The position numbers were made by a program, and so were the translations under genes. From NCBI GenBank assembly GCA_043228905.1, contig JBHGNT010000007.1, positions 22,010,001-22,074,000 of the forward strand: 64,000 bases of DNA. The letters run 5' to 3'. This document shows positions 38,760 through 49,100 of this stretch, in pieces (position 1 is the first letter of the stretch; each line of letters begins with the position of its first letter). The notes below the pieces were generated by a model. That model did not search any database. It saw only the letters and a program-made list of their open reading frames with translations, and was not told the DNA's origin. Origin of the DNA: Azolla caroliniana (Eukaryota; Plantae; Polypodiophyta).

Positions 38760-41700
38760 TTACTCTTCGCCTGCCGGCCCTTTCTCGGCCTCGGATCGGT
38801 TGTCGCTGCTGTCCAGGAGAATCGGGTCGGGTTCGTCGTCGTGCCGCTTCTTGAAAGCTTTGATCCTCTTCCCGGCCACGGGTATCGCTATTCTCGTACC
38901 GTCGAGTTCCGCCAGATGATACGTCCCGTTGTCGTTGGCGCTCTGTACCGTGTACGGCCCAAACCATCTCTGTGCGAACTTCCGCGTTGCTCGGTGCTGG
39001 TTGTCGAGGCTGCTGTCGTAGACGAGCACCCAGTCACCTTCGTCGATTTTCTTCGGTCGTAGCCGGTGCGTTCGGTCGAACCGGGCTTTGTTCTTTGTCC
39101 TCGCCACCCGGAGCTTCTCCGTAGCCAGTGCCACGTCCTCCGGTCTCCGCTCGAGCTGTCGTATACGCGCGGCCAACAACTCCTCCCGGCTCATCTCGTC
39201 TCTCCAGTCGACCGTTGCCCACGAGGAGATCGTCCGTTCAATCGGCATGATCGGCTTCTGGCCGAACATGAGCTCTGTCGGCATGTACCCGGTTACCGAA
39301 CTGTGCGTGGTCCGGTCTGCCCACAAAGCATAAGGTAGGAGCCGCGGCCAGTCACCGATTCGGCCTCCGCATGCCCGAACCAACGCCTTGACGATCGGTC
39401 CGTGTCCGCGCTCCACCTTTCCATTCGCCTCCGGATTGTACGCAGTGGTGAGCGAGAGCTTGACCCCCAGCCGGTCGAACAGCTCCGCGGCTTCTTCGGC
39501 GTCCAACTCCCCTCGGTCAGCCACGATCTTCCCGACGCACCCGTACCGGCATATCACGTCCTCGATTAGGAACCGACACACGGCCGCGGTCGTTTTGTTC
39601 TGAAGGGCTCGGCCTTCCACCTGGTTCGTCAGGTCTTCCCGCGCTAGGACCAGATACCGCATCTGTCCTACCCCCATCGGCATCGTCACCAGATCTACCA
39701 TCCATTTGAAGTGGATAGTCGGAGGGTACGTAGGGCGAAGCCCGTCCCGGTGTCGGACTATCGAGTGCATCTGACAACTCTCGCAAGTTGACACGAACCG
39801 ATGCACGTCCCGGTACAATCCCGGCCACCAGTACTTCCCCTTCAGCTTCTCAAATGTCGCCCACGTTCCACGGTGTCCAGCCCAAGGGCTGTCGTGGTGG
39901 GCCGCCAGTAGCTCCTCCTGTTCTTCCTTCATCGCCACCACCCGGAGCGGGACGCCGTTCCTCTTCTTCGGGTGCTTCCACAAATGCCCATCTCGGAGAA
40001 AGAATCGATATGCTTTCTTCCGGATCCGGTTGGCCTCGTCCTTCGTCCATGACGCATCGGGCGTCATTGTCTTCAAAAACCCGCCGATCTGCAGCCACTC
40101 CCCGTCGTACTTGCTCGCGTCGAACTCGTTAAGCGCCGGAGTGCTCATCCCGTCGGTCGTTATGTATGCCGCCTCGAAGAAATCCACGCCGACTTCTTCG
40201 TCTTCCGAAACCATGCCGCCCTCGTCGTCGAACCTCGCCCTCGAAAGCATGTCGGCCATGGCGTTGTCTTTCCCGGAAATGTGTCGTATTTCCGGGTCCA
40301 GGGACTTGATGTACGCTATCCACCTGAGCATCGCCAGGTCCGGAGTCGCGCATCCGGAGACCATACCGAGAATCGGCAGGCAATCCGTCTCGATGATCAC
40401 TTCCGTCCCTATCAGGTAATCTTTGTCGGCCTTAACCGCCGAAACAATACCCCAGAGTTCGCGTTTAACCTGGGCGTATCCTCGCTGCCGTTCACTGAGG
40501 ACTTTCGCGCCGAATCGGATCGGAAACCGATTGCCGTCCTCGTCTTCCTGGTTCACGACCCATCCGATCCCGGTCGGACTGGTATCCACCGTTATGAATA
40601 CCGGGGTACCCTTCCCGTATACCGCCTTCCGGAGTGCCGGTGCCACTGCAAGGGCCTCTTTCAGCTTCCGGACCGATTCCGCGTGCTCGTCCAGCCATTC
40701 GAACCTTCGCCCCTTTTTCAGCAACCCGTACAGTGGCTCCGCGACGTGTGCGTAATGCGGGATCCATATGTGGTAGAACGCGCATGCCCCCAGGAATCTC
40801 CGTACTTCCGTGACCGAGCTGCAGTCGGGCTTCATCGCGGAGATGGCTTCTACCTTTGCCGGAGACGGTTTCCGGCCATATGGTCCGCACAGGTGTCCGA
40901 CCACCATGATTTCTGACTGCCCGAAGGCCGACTTCTCCCCGGAGAAGGTGAGTCTCGCATCCTCTAGCCTTTGCAGCACCTTCTCACAGTCGTCGATGTG
41001 CGTCGCCACGAATCGCCGGCATCCGTCCGGCCCGATCGTCTCGTCCCTTTCTTCCACCGGGCATCCTTTGATCGGAATGTCGTCCAGAAACGGCATGGTG
41101 ATGTCCGGGATACAGTCCCTCAGAACCTTGTTCATCGCATTCACCATGTGGGCCACCGAGTTGGTCCCTCCTTGCGGCAGTGTACACATCCGAACTAGAC
41201 CGAGGGGAGTTCGCATCGTCGTAATGTCTCTGCTCTCCACGGCTAGCTGGAACTGGTCGTACCCTGAGTATAGATCCCCGACCGAGTAAATTGACCTTCC
41301 GGCGAAGGCCTCCGCGAACTCGTCTATGGTCGGTCCGATCCCTGCGTTCCGAATGGTCACTCGATTGACCGGCTGCAGGTCCTGGATGAAGCGCAACGAA
41401 CCGTTTTTCTTCGGCACGGTAAACCATCGATTCGAATATGGGGCGCTCGACGGCTCGAGAATTCCCATATCAACTTTCTGCCTCAGCAGCTCCATCAACT
41501 TCGGGATGTGAGCTCTCGGAACCGGGATTGGCTTGAGATTCCATGGTACATGCGGCACCGTGAATATCACCATTGGCTCCACGATCGTCGGGTCAACGCA
41601 CCCGATTTCCTCCGGCGAGAATGCGAAGGCTTTCCCGTGCCTTCCGAGCATTCTCCGAAACCGGTCTTCCTCCGCCGGCAGTAGGAACCCGCCCCCACCT

Positions 41701-42242
41701 ATTTTGAGCTCTCGGAGCGTCTCGTCGGTGAAGGGGTGCCCTATGCAGGCCGGATCTCGTAGACTAGGGTCCGATGCAACCCCTTTGATTCTCGACGCGC
41801 TGCCCTCCGGTAAGGGTGCCGCGACTGGCCTTACCTTCCGGTCCACAGTCTTGTACTTGGTGCTTACGCGGGCCGTCCGAACTGACTCGAGTCCTCGACC
41901 GAAGTCCGCGATGACTCCGTACATCTCCTCGGAACACACCGGTATCGTCCGGTCTTCGTTAAGGCCTTTTTCGACCACCTTTCCCAGCGTCCCCAAGGTG
42001 TCGTCGAATGAGACCGCCTCCACGGCTCCGCTGATTTCCTCGTCAGGGCCGAGAACTCCGCACGCTCGAAGTCTCCCCTCCGCCTTTGTCTTCTCTCGGC
42101 CGCCGATGCCGACTATCGTACACGCTCCGCTGTCGGAGAAGCAAAATACCCTACCTGTCGTACACGGTTTTATCGTACAAATGTGGGGTTTTCCCGGAGC
42201 ATCCGGACTGTCGCGGCCCCACGCCTTGGCAGTCCTCTCTAA
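38760..42242 (-). CDS. pol: pol (RT-RNase H-integrase), entered by a predicted -1 frameshift
   Basis: 1087-aa ORF track call (38760-42023); the frame stays open upstream to the gag stop region (FLERTAKAWGRDSP...). Motifs LPQG, FLDD, TVDTS, HHCC finger, DDE core, GPY; no chromodomain evident. Confidence 0.93.
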   Translation of the reverse strand, partial: LERTAKAWGRDSPDAPGKPHICTIKPCTTGRVFCFSDSGACTIVGIGGREKTKAEGRLRACGVLGPDEEISGAVEAVSFDDTLGTLGKVVEKGLNEDRTIPVCSEEMYGVIADFGRGLESVRTARVSTKYKTVDRKVRPVAAPLPEGSASRIKGVASDPSLRDPACIGHPFTDETLRELKIGGGGFLLPAEEDRFRRMLGRHGKAFAFSPEEIGCVDPTIVEPMVIFTVPHVPWNLKPIPVPRAHIPKLMELLRQKVDMGILEPSSAPYSNRWFTVPKKNGSLRFIQDLQPVNRVTIRNAGIGPTIDEFAEAFAGRSIYSVGDLYSGYDQFQLAVESRDITTMRTPLGLVRMCTLPQGGTNSVAHMVNAMNKVLRDCIPDITMPFLDDIPIKGCPVEERDETIGPDGCRRFVATHIDDCEKVLQRLEDARLTFSGEKSAFGQSEIMVVGHLCGPYGRKPSPAKVEAISAMKPDCSSVTEVRRFLGACAFYHIWIPHYAHVAEPLYGLLKKGRRFEWLDEHAESVRKLKEALAVAPALRKAVYGKGTPVFITVDTSPTGIGWVVNQEDEDGNRFPIRFGAKVLSERQRGYAQVKRELWGIVSAVKADKDYLIGTEVIIETDCLPILGMVSGCATPDLAMLRWIAYIKSLDPEIRHISGKDNAMADMLSRARFDDEGGMVSEDEEVGVDFFEAAYITTDGMSTPALNEFDASKYDGEWLQIGGFLKTMTPDASWTKDEANRIRKKAYRFFLRDGHLWKHPKKRNGVPLRVVAMKEEQEELLAAHHDSPWAGHRGTWATFEKLKGKYWWPGLYRDVHRFVSTCESCQMHSIVRHRDGLRPTYPPTIHFKWMVDLVTMPMGVGQMRYLVLAREDLTNQVEGRALQNKTTAAVCRFLIEDVICRYGCVGKIVADRGELDAEEAAELFDRLGVKLSLTTAYNPEANGKVERGHGPIVKALVRACGGRIGDWPRLLPYALWADRTTHSSVTGYMPTELMFGQKPIMPIERTISSWATVDWRDEMSREELLAARIRQLERRPEDVALATEKLRVARTKNKARFDRTHRLRPKKIDEGDWVLVYDSSLDNQHRATRKFAQRWFGPYTVQSANDNGTYHLAELDGTRIAIPVAGKRIKAFKKRHDDEPDPILLDSSDNRSEAEKGPAGEE

Positions 42243-42248
42243 AAATCC
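42183..42248 (-). promoter_or_regulatory. Putative -1 ribosomal frameshift signal of gypsy B
   Basis: G GAT TTT TAG AGA GGACTG-CCAAGGCGTGGGGCCGCGA-CAGTCC ... CCCCAC: slippery heptamer, 6-nt spacer, H-type pseudoknot. Confidence 0.75.
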
Positions 42249-44365
42249 TCTCGGTTATCGGAACCGAGGGAGTCGCGGTTACGCTCGTGGTTCGGCCTAA
42301 CCGTCAAAAACTGGACCGAATGGCGCCCGTCCTGGCTCTTGACCCGCGCATAGGCCGAACCATTGTCCAGCACCTTGGTCTCCATTCGCGCCGCCGTGAT
42401 GTACGGCTCTCCCAGAATGACCGGATGCGAAGACGTCTCCTGCACGAAGAAGTGCTGGTCAATCTCAACGTCGCCGATCTTGACTCGCACATTCGGACAG
42501 GCCCCGTGCAGTTCCTCGGTGGCGCGCGTTGCTGCCCTTATTTTCCACCCGTGCTTGGTGTTGATCGGCCATTTTCCCTTCTTATAGAAGTCCATGGACA
42601 TCAAATTGGTCTCCGATCCGTGGTCCACCAAAGCTATCACCGGTTCCTGGACATCGCCGATCTTCACCGGGGTTTCCGTGGTCGCTCGGGCCCAGTGTGG
42701 TCTCGAATAGTGGCTTTCCGCCCACTCGTCTCCCAGCGCCATGTCGTCTAGGTGCGTCGTCCTCACTTCCACCGGTCTTTCCGGTTCTGTCTCCGTCGAC
42801 AGCCTCTTCCGTTTCACCAAGTCCACGATGGAGTCGTGGAACTCCTTCTTGGCGATTCCCAGCACCTCTCGTAACGACAGCTCCACCTTGCTGTCGAGGA
42901 TCCGTTCCTCCAGGACCTTTCGTAAGTCCGTGGTTCTTTCTATCTCGGTCCCCAGACGGTACCCGCCCTTCTGGGGTTTATCTCGCGTACCGGCCCCGCC
43001 GGCTTCGTCCCGTCGTGGCCCGGACCGGGTCTCGTATCGTTGTGAGGGCCCGGTCGCCCCGGGTTTCCCCACCCGCTTCTCTTCTACCAGAGCCTCGTAG
43101 TTCCGGCAAGCGGCTTCCACGAAGCCCGTCTTTTCCTCGACCGGGTCGCTCCACCCGGTCATCTCCCGTACCCGTTTCTCCGCGCGGTCCGATTCCTCCC
43201 TTTTAAGCCCGGCACCGGCAAGGCCTTCCAGCATCGTCGGCCAGAATCCGGCTTTGCTTCCCCCCCGGGCCTCGCCGCCCCCGACCCGAATGCCGGCTGA
43301 CGCCGAGTAGTGGACGGTTTCCGCGTGTCGGGCCGCCGCCTCTTCCATCACCCTTTTCATACCGCCTTTTCCGTCGTTTCGGCTCAGGGCCCTTCGGGTG
43401 TCGCTGGCATGCACCCGTCCTTCCCACAGGTACACCACCCTGTTCCTCAGCGCCTCCGCGAAGTCGCCGCAGTCCTTCCGAATGTGGCCGACTTCATCGC
43501 ACCACATGCACCTGTTTCCTGCCGCCGGCCGTCGGTCACGAGCCGGTTCGCCTCCTTCCCTTCGGGCCTGCGCGATTTGGAGGTCCTTTATCGCCTTCGT
43601 CAATTCCTCCAGCGCCTCTCCTCCGGTTGAGCCTCTGACTACGCCGGTCGAAGCCGAACCGGTTTCCAACCACTCCCGGGTCTCTTCCTTGCGCACCTGC
43701 GGCGCTGGTTCGAGCTTCCTTGCTGTGACCGAGCCCGACCCGGTCGCCCCGTTATCCGCCCATTCTCGCCGTTTGTCGAAACGGCCACAGACCTTCCTGA
43801 CAGCCGCCCAGTCGGTAGTGAGCCCGTCTTCGGTCTCCAGCAAGAAGCCCACTTGCTCCCGATCCCGCTCGTCGACCGACTTGACAAACAGCAAGACCCG
43901 GCTCGTGTCCAGGATGGTTCGGTCGAGCGCCGAAAGGCGCGCAAAGTTTTCCTCGAACTCCCGGAGGAGCGCCGACGCGTTTCTTCCCTTCCCCGGGGAC
44001 TCCACCCATTCCATGAACCTTCGCTTCGAAAGCCGGAGCGCGTCGTCCAGCCCGTATTTCTCTAGGAGCCGACCTTCGAACTCCTCCCAGGTACGGCTCT
44101 CCGTCCGCACCTCGAGCACCTCCGCATGGATGCTCGGCATCGCTACTCGGGGAAATCCGGCAAGACGCCTTTCTTCCGGAATGTCCCGCATCAGCATCTC
44201 TGCACCGTAGGACGCCAAATACTTCGTGGCATCTTTCCCATCGAACCGGCCGATCGTGCCGACGACCGCCTCAATAGCTCTGTCGAGGGCACCGGTGCTC
44301 TCGCGCGCGTTTACAATCCGATCCACGGCCGAAGCCATGGCCTCTGCGAGATCCGACCCCCTCAT
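42239..44365 (-). CDS. gag: gag-protease polyprotein of element B
   Basis: Open from ATG 44365; zinc knuckle CMWCDEVGHIRKDC; aspartic protease ALVDHGSETN...VILGEPY; ends EDF*. Confidence 0.92.
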   Translation of the reverse strand: MRGSDLAEAMASAVDRIVNARESTGALDRAIEAVVGTIGRFDGKDATKYLASYGAEMLMRDIPEERRLAGFPRVAMPSIHAEVLEVRTESRTWEEFEGRLLEKYGLDDALRLSKRRFMEWVESPGKGRNASALLREFEENFARLSALDRTILDTSRVLLFVKSVDERDREQVGFLLETEDGLTTDWAAVRKVCGRFDKRREWADNGATGSGSVTARKLEPAPQVRKEETREWLETGSASTGVVRGSTGGEALEELTKAIKDLQIAQARREGGEPARDRRPAAGNRCMWCDEVGHIRKDCGDFAEALRNRVVYLWEGRVHASDTRRALSRNDGKGGMKRVMEEAAARHAETVHYSASAGIRVGGGEARGGSKAGFWPTMLEGLAGAGLKREESDRAEKRVREMTGWSDPVEEKTGFVEAACRNYEALVEEKRVGKPGATGPSQRYETRSGPRRDEAGGAGTRDKPQKGGYRLGTEIERTTDLRKVLEERILDSKVELSLREVLGIAKKEFHDSIVDLVKRKRLSTETEPERPVEVRTTHLDDMALGDEWAESHYSRPHWARATTETPVKIGDVQEPVIALVDHGSETNLMSMDFYKKGKWPINTKHGWKIRAATRATEELHGACPNVRVKIGDVEIDQHFFVQETSSHPVILGEPYITAARMETKVLDNGSAYARVKSQDGRHSVQFLTVRPNHERNRDSLGSDNREDF

Positions 44366-44387
44366 TTCCTGCTCTTCTGCCGCCTCT

Positions 44388-44405
44388 TTCACGTCGGGTT
44401 CACCA
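44388..44405 (-). promoter_or_regulatory. Primer binding site, tRNA-Trp (same sequence at 45953-45970 in element A)
   Basis: TGGTGAACCCGACGTGAA is complementary to the plant cytosolic tRNA-Trp 3' end TTCACGTCGGGTTCACCA; 3 nt from the LTR. Confidence 0.85.
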
Positions 44406-45970
44406 AGATGTCGGGGTTGCTACGCCCTTGCGTGCAGAAAGGAGGAGGGACCACGGGGGTCTTGGACCAAAGAGCAAGAGAGAGCGGAGTAAGAGAGAGA
44501 CCCGATTACACAGAACCGAAGATTGCACAGGGACACGGCCCAACAAACGGAGATCACAAACAAACACCGACGCAGATGGACGCAACAACGAAAGATATGT
44601 ACTTATGAATGCAAGAAAATAACAGACCAAAGTATTACAACCCACGGTGGGGCACGGAATGGATACTAACGAAAACGAACGGGGCGGCGAACAGATGCCG
44701 ACCCCTGTATGTTGCGACGCACAGAAAAGGGAAAACAGGTCGGAGGTGCTGCAGGACGCACTCGGGGCGTTCCACGGAACAGCGCAAGCCTCCTCGAAAC
44801 CTGCACAGGTATGCGATGGAGCAGAAGACAGAGAAAGCAGGAGTGAGAGAGGAGCTCCGAAATCGGTTCGGCAGCACTTCGTCCTCTCCCCGCGAGATAT
44901 CACTTCTATTCTTCCTCTTCCTTTTTATAGCCCGTCAAGAGGCCGTTTGGCATTAACTGCATACCAACCGAATCTACCCACCTAGGATCCTCGTATGTAC
45001 TTCTTGGCGCGCGTGTGTGTAGAGCCGTTTCCCACGCCTTGTTCCTCCGATTCCTCTTGTGGGCGGTTTTCTTCACGACAACGCATCTAAAGGGTTCTTT
45101 TCCTTTAGGGCCCCGACGATTCATGTTGGCTAGCGTGACCTTCTCGAACTTCTTCGCTAGCTCTTCAATGATGTCGTCATCAATCTTCTTTTCTTCCACG
45201 TTACTTTGTCTCAGCGGCTCAGCTACTTTCGGCGGTCTTGCTTTCTCCGTGGTAGTCGGTCCCATCAAGTCGGTGTCATCAACCCATTGGCGACGCTTGT
45301 CGAGCCTATTGCATGCTCGCTTCACCGCGATCCAGTCCGCTACGAGCCCATTTGCTTGGGTATCATCTTCGAGAAGAGTCCCCAACTCCCGTCTATCCTT
45401 TATGTCCACGGCCTTCAAGAAGTACAAAGTCTTTGTCCTCTTCAAGCAACACTTGGTCCGTATTGGGGAGACGACTAAACATCTGGTCGAATTCGTCGTA
45501 CACCCTCGAGACACTCATCTTCTTATTCTTCTTCTCTATCCACTTCATCAGGGCATGTCGAGTCATCCTCGTTGAGTCTTCAGTCACGAACTCCGCTAGT
45601 ATCATTTTCTCGAACTCGGACCATGTTGTCTTACCTTCTTTAAGCTCGATGACGCATCTTTGGATGTTGTTGGCGACAACTCTCTTGAAGCTTGCGATTT
45701 GACGTGCCTCGGACACGTCCCTCTAATTCATCTCCCTTCTATATGCATCAAGGAACTTCGTAACGTTCCTTCCATCGAATTGGCCCTCGAGCTCTATGAC
45801 ACGATCGGCAGCCTTATCCACGCTCGCGTCGTTGTCCCGAGATCTCATCATTTGCTCGACGATTAGCATCATCCTTTCGAGCTCTCCCGCTTGGTTGCTT
45901 GAGGACACCATCTCCAAGTATTAATCTCGACTTGATCCTTCCTACCGCCTCTTTCACGTCGGGTTCACCA

Positions 45971-46105
45971 CTTCTTCGTACAAGAATCGGCGTCGCATCC
46001 TGTCATCCTAGGGCAACCTTATATCACATCATCTCGGATGGAGACCAGAGTGTTCGATAATGGAGCAGCCTTCGCACGAATAAAGAGTCTTGACAACCAA
46101 AGATC
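45971..46105 (+). other. Inverted templated copy of element A protease sequence replacing ~305 bp of its 5' LTR
   Basis: Near-exact reverse complement of ~36718-36852. Confidence 0.9.
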
Positions 46106-49100
46106 GGTACAAGACATGCATAAATTGCATGTTTGCCATTTGGCGCTTATGTATTACATGTGGTGCATGATAACCATGTCACTCATTTTAGTTCTCATGT
46201 ATGAGAATTTACATGTAAAAGTACAATGATAGAAATATAATTTCAATTAAATAGCATGGCTTAATGGTAAGCCAATTGACTCCTAACTTGGAGGTGCAAG
46301 GTTCGAATCCTTACTTGCCCTCCTTGTATATGTAAATATGTATATATATTTATATATTTATTTATCTAGTCGCCGGACGCCGGTTACCTGTGCGTCGCCG
46401 GATGCCGTCGGTTACCGGTGCGTCATCGGATGCCGTCGCCGAATGCCATCACCGGATACCGGTGCGTCGCCGGATTTCCACCGGCTCCATCGCCGGTCCG
46501 GTTTTGGTTGGCCAAAACCCTTTACGAGTAGCTAGCCCACCTCCACTCTTAGTTCAAGTTACCTTGAACTCTCTATGCTCCACACATAGACACAAAGATA
46601 ATATCTTTTGCTCCACCTTATATATGATGAGAGCTGTATTTGTCGTGCCTATGTGGGATATCTCACAATTTTCTCCTTTCCTTTTACAAACTTTATACCC
46701 TCATATCTTGACATTTAGTTGTCCGTTTCTCGTGTAATAAAGTGCATTCGAAACCTCTATCATTTTGTACTTAGATATTAAATCTATTTAAAATGTTATC
46801 TTCACAATTATTGTACTATGTGATTGATACTCGATTTCGTACGTTTTATGGGATTTTCACACTATTGCCGAAAATCTTCACGACATCGCCACCTGGCATC
46901 TGGCGATGGAGTGGGAAATGCACTCCATTCGCGCAAACAAGACTTGGGACTTGATCGAATTACCGAAGTATCGACGTGCTCTTCCGTGTAAGTGGGTCTA
47001 TTGACTAAAAGAGATGTCCAACTCGACCAACCCAAAGTACAAGGCCAGATTAGTTGCGAAGGGATTTCGACAAGAACATGGCATCGACTTCGACGAAACC
47101 TTTTCACCAGTGGTGAAAATGACAACCCTTTGTTTCATGCTCGGTGTCGTGCCCGCCGACAGCTTGGAGTTGATTCAACTAGATGTAAAAACGACATTCC
47201 TTCACGGTGACCTACAAGAGGAAATCTATATGGAACAGCCGCAAAGGCTTTGTGGCATCTGGCTAGGAACATCTAGTCTGCCGACTCAGGAAGAGTTTAT
47301 ATGGCCTGAAACAAGCACCCCGATAGTGGTACAAGAAGTTCGACGACTTCATCCAGTCGGTCGGCTTCTCCAAGAGCGATGAGGACCACTGTCTCTTCAC
47401 CAAAACAGCTCAAGACGGGTCTCCCGTCTTCCTCATCATTTACATGGATGGCATGCTACTCTCCGGCCGACATGCCTGAGAGCTCACCGAACTCGTTCGG
47501 AAACTGCGATTGAAGTTTGCCATGAAGGACCTCAGTCTGACACGACACATACTTCGTATGAAGATTAGTTGGCATCGCGATAAACGACAACTTTTCTTGT
47601 CTCAAACTGACTACGTCGGACGTGCACTCGGCCAAATCTGCTTCGACCCCACTCCCCATTAACCTTCGGCTGTCTTAGAGAGACTGCCTGACATCCAGTC
47701 TGAAGGGGGAAGATATGAAGTCGGTACCGTATGCACTGGCAGTCGGCTCCCTTATGTACGTGATGGTCGCGACACGGCCTGATATTTCTCACGCTGTAGG
47801 AGTCGTCAGCAGATTCATGCACAACCCAGGTTGATTGCATTGGAACGCAGTCAAGCATGTGTTCAGATATCTAGCTGGCACAAAAGACCATGACATTCTC
47901 TTTGGCCCGAACTCAACCTCAGGCGTAGTCGGTTACACCGACTCGGACTTTGCCGGCTGCGTGGACAGTTGAAAATCAACAACGGGATATTGTTTCAAAT
48001 TCGGCAATGGAGCAATCTCGTGGAAGTCGAAACTTCAGGAGTGCACAACCACCTCAACGACCGAAGCGGAATATGTAGCTACGTTTGACTCGACAAAAGA
48101 AGCTTTATGGCTCGGTCGGCTGGCGCACACGTTTCGACAGGTCGACCTCGACTCGGCTCTAGTTGTCTACAACGACAGTCAGGGTGTTGTTGCTTTTTCA
48201 AAGAATCTGGTTCACTACAACACCTCCAAGCATATCGACGTTCGATATCACTTCGTTCGGAACTGCGTCATTTAAGGGAAAATCGATCTCGAGAAAATAT
48301 CCACAACCGATAATGTCGCAGATGAAATGACCAAGTGTCTTTCGGCGGATCGTATCCAGTCCCTTCGGCACCAGATGGGCGTAATGAAAAATCGGTCCGG
48401 TTAAAGTCGGACACACAACACAGGATGGTTTCTGACAACAAACATCGGTTCTTTGAGGATCGGCTTCAGCTATTCCGACCTGGCTAGTTCAGGCTTCAGT
48501 CTTTGGATCCTGCCGACTCGAACAAAACCGATCTGTCCGACAACCTTGTACATACCTGTAACTTTAGTACAACCCATGTATACGCCCATTACAGGGGAGT
48601 GTCGAATACGAGTGTATAATGGCCGTATTCACACTGTCCTTTTTTTGGACAGCCCAAGTTTGGGCTATTCCTGTAAATAGCAAGAGCAGTTGCCCTAGGA
48701 TAGTCACTATGTAGAGTGACTCTTTAACCTTTAGTAAAGGTTGGTTGTTATTTTGTAACTGTTGCTATTAGGAAATAAAACATTTCATTGTGCCTATCTC
48801 TCTCTCTGTCTCTCTATTTGTGTGTGTATCTTGTTCATTCTCATACACAGGTCCTTCAACATTAAGAATGTTGTTTTTGTTCTTCCGCACTGACGACCTT
48901 GTCCTCAACAGAGCAATTAGATGGAGTACGATAGTTCACTGGTTGAATGCTGGCTACCTTCCGATTCAAGGAGATGTCCGAAAGGACATGTAATTTGACT
49001 GTACTTCTTCTATATGAATTACTGGAGGTTTGCAACGTAATGTTTCTTGTGTGCGTGGGTCTAAAGTTCAGTGGTACAACAATCGGCATCAGTTTGATAG

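Larger units (their letters stand above)
38016..45080 (-). mobile_element. Intact, very young Ty3/gypsy element B (7065 bp; LTRs 38016-38687 and 44409-45080)
   Basis: Two 672-bp LTRs in which I see two substitutions; TSD ACGC (38012-38015, 45081-45084); PBS 44388-44405; PPT GGTGGGGGCGGA; uninterrupted ORFs. Confidence 0.97.
36643..45911 (-). pseudogene. gag: gypsy A gag-protease, split by element B (45911-45081 + 38011-36643)
   Basis: The junction restores RCVWCDSMDHMRRDC (zinc knuckle); protease ALIDHGSEIN...VILGQPY. Confidence 0.88.
31963..46885 (-). mobile_element. Ty3/gypsy element A (FLDD-type, non-chromovirus, possibly Phygy-like), degenerate; 3' LTR 31963-33087, damaged 5' LTR 46106-46885
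   Basis: TGTCGTGAAG...CTTCACGACA termini, 4-bp TSD CCGC/TCGC, PPT GGTGGGGGTGGA next to 33087, tRNA-Trp PBS 45953-45970, gag-PR-RT-RH-IN order. Confidence 0.93.
29485..48403 (+). pseudogene. gag-pol: copia gag-pol pseudogene (29485-31962 joined to 46890-48403)
   Basis: The junction reads ASADS|ATWHLAME in frame after removing the gypsy element and one TSD copy; many stops and frameshifts. Confidence 0.88.
28921..48910 (+). mobile_element. Ty1/copia element lacking its 5' LTR, split by a gypsy insertion; 3' LTR 48600-48910
   Basis: gag ATG 29485, CNYCKKPGHIKADC, LWHGRLGH, LDLVHSDVCG and integrase to 31962; resumes at 46890 with RT (YKARLVAKGF, LDVKTTFLHG) and RNase H; PPT AGGGGAG then TGTCG...CAACA. 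Confidence 0.9.

Noticed and set aside
37922-45575. Long plus-strand ORFs opposite element B and ORFs in its LTRs
   Set aside because: Expected shadow ORFs of GC-rich coding DNA; no motifs, and not conserved in elements A or C.
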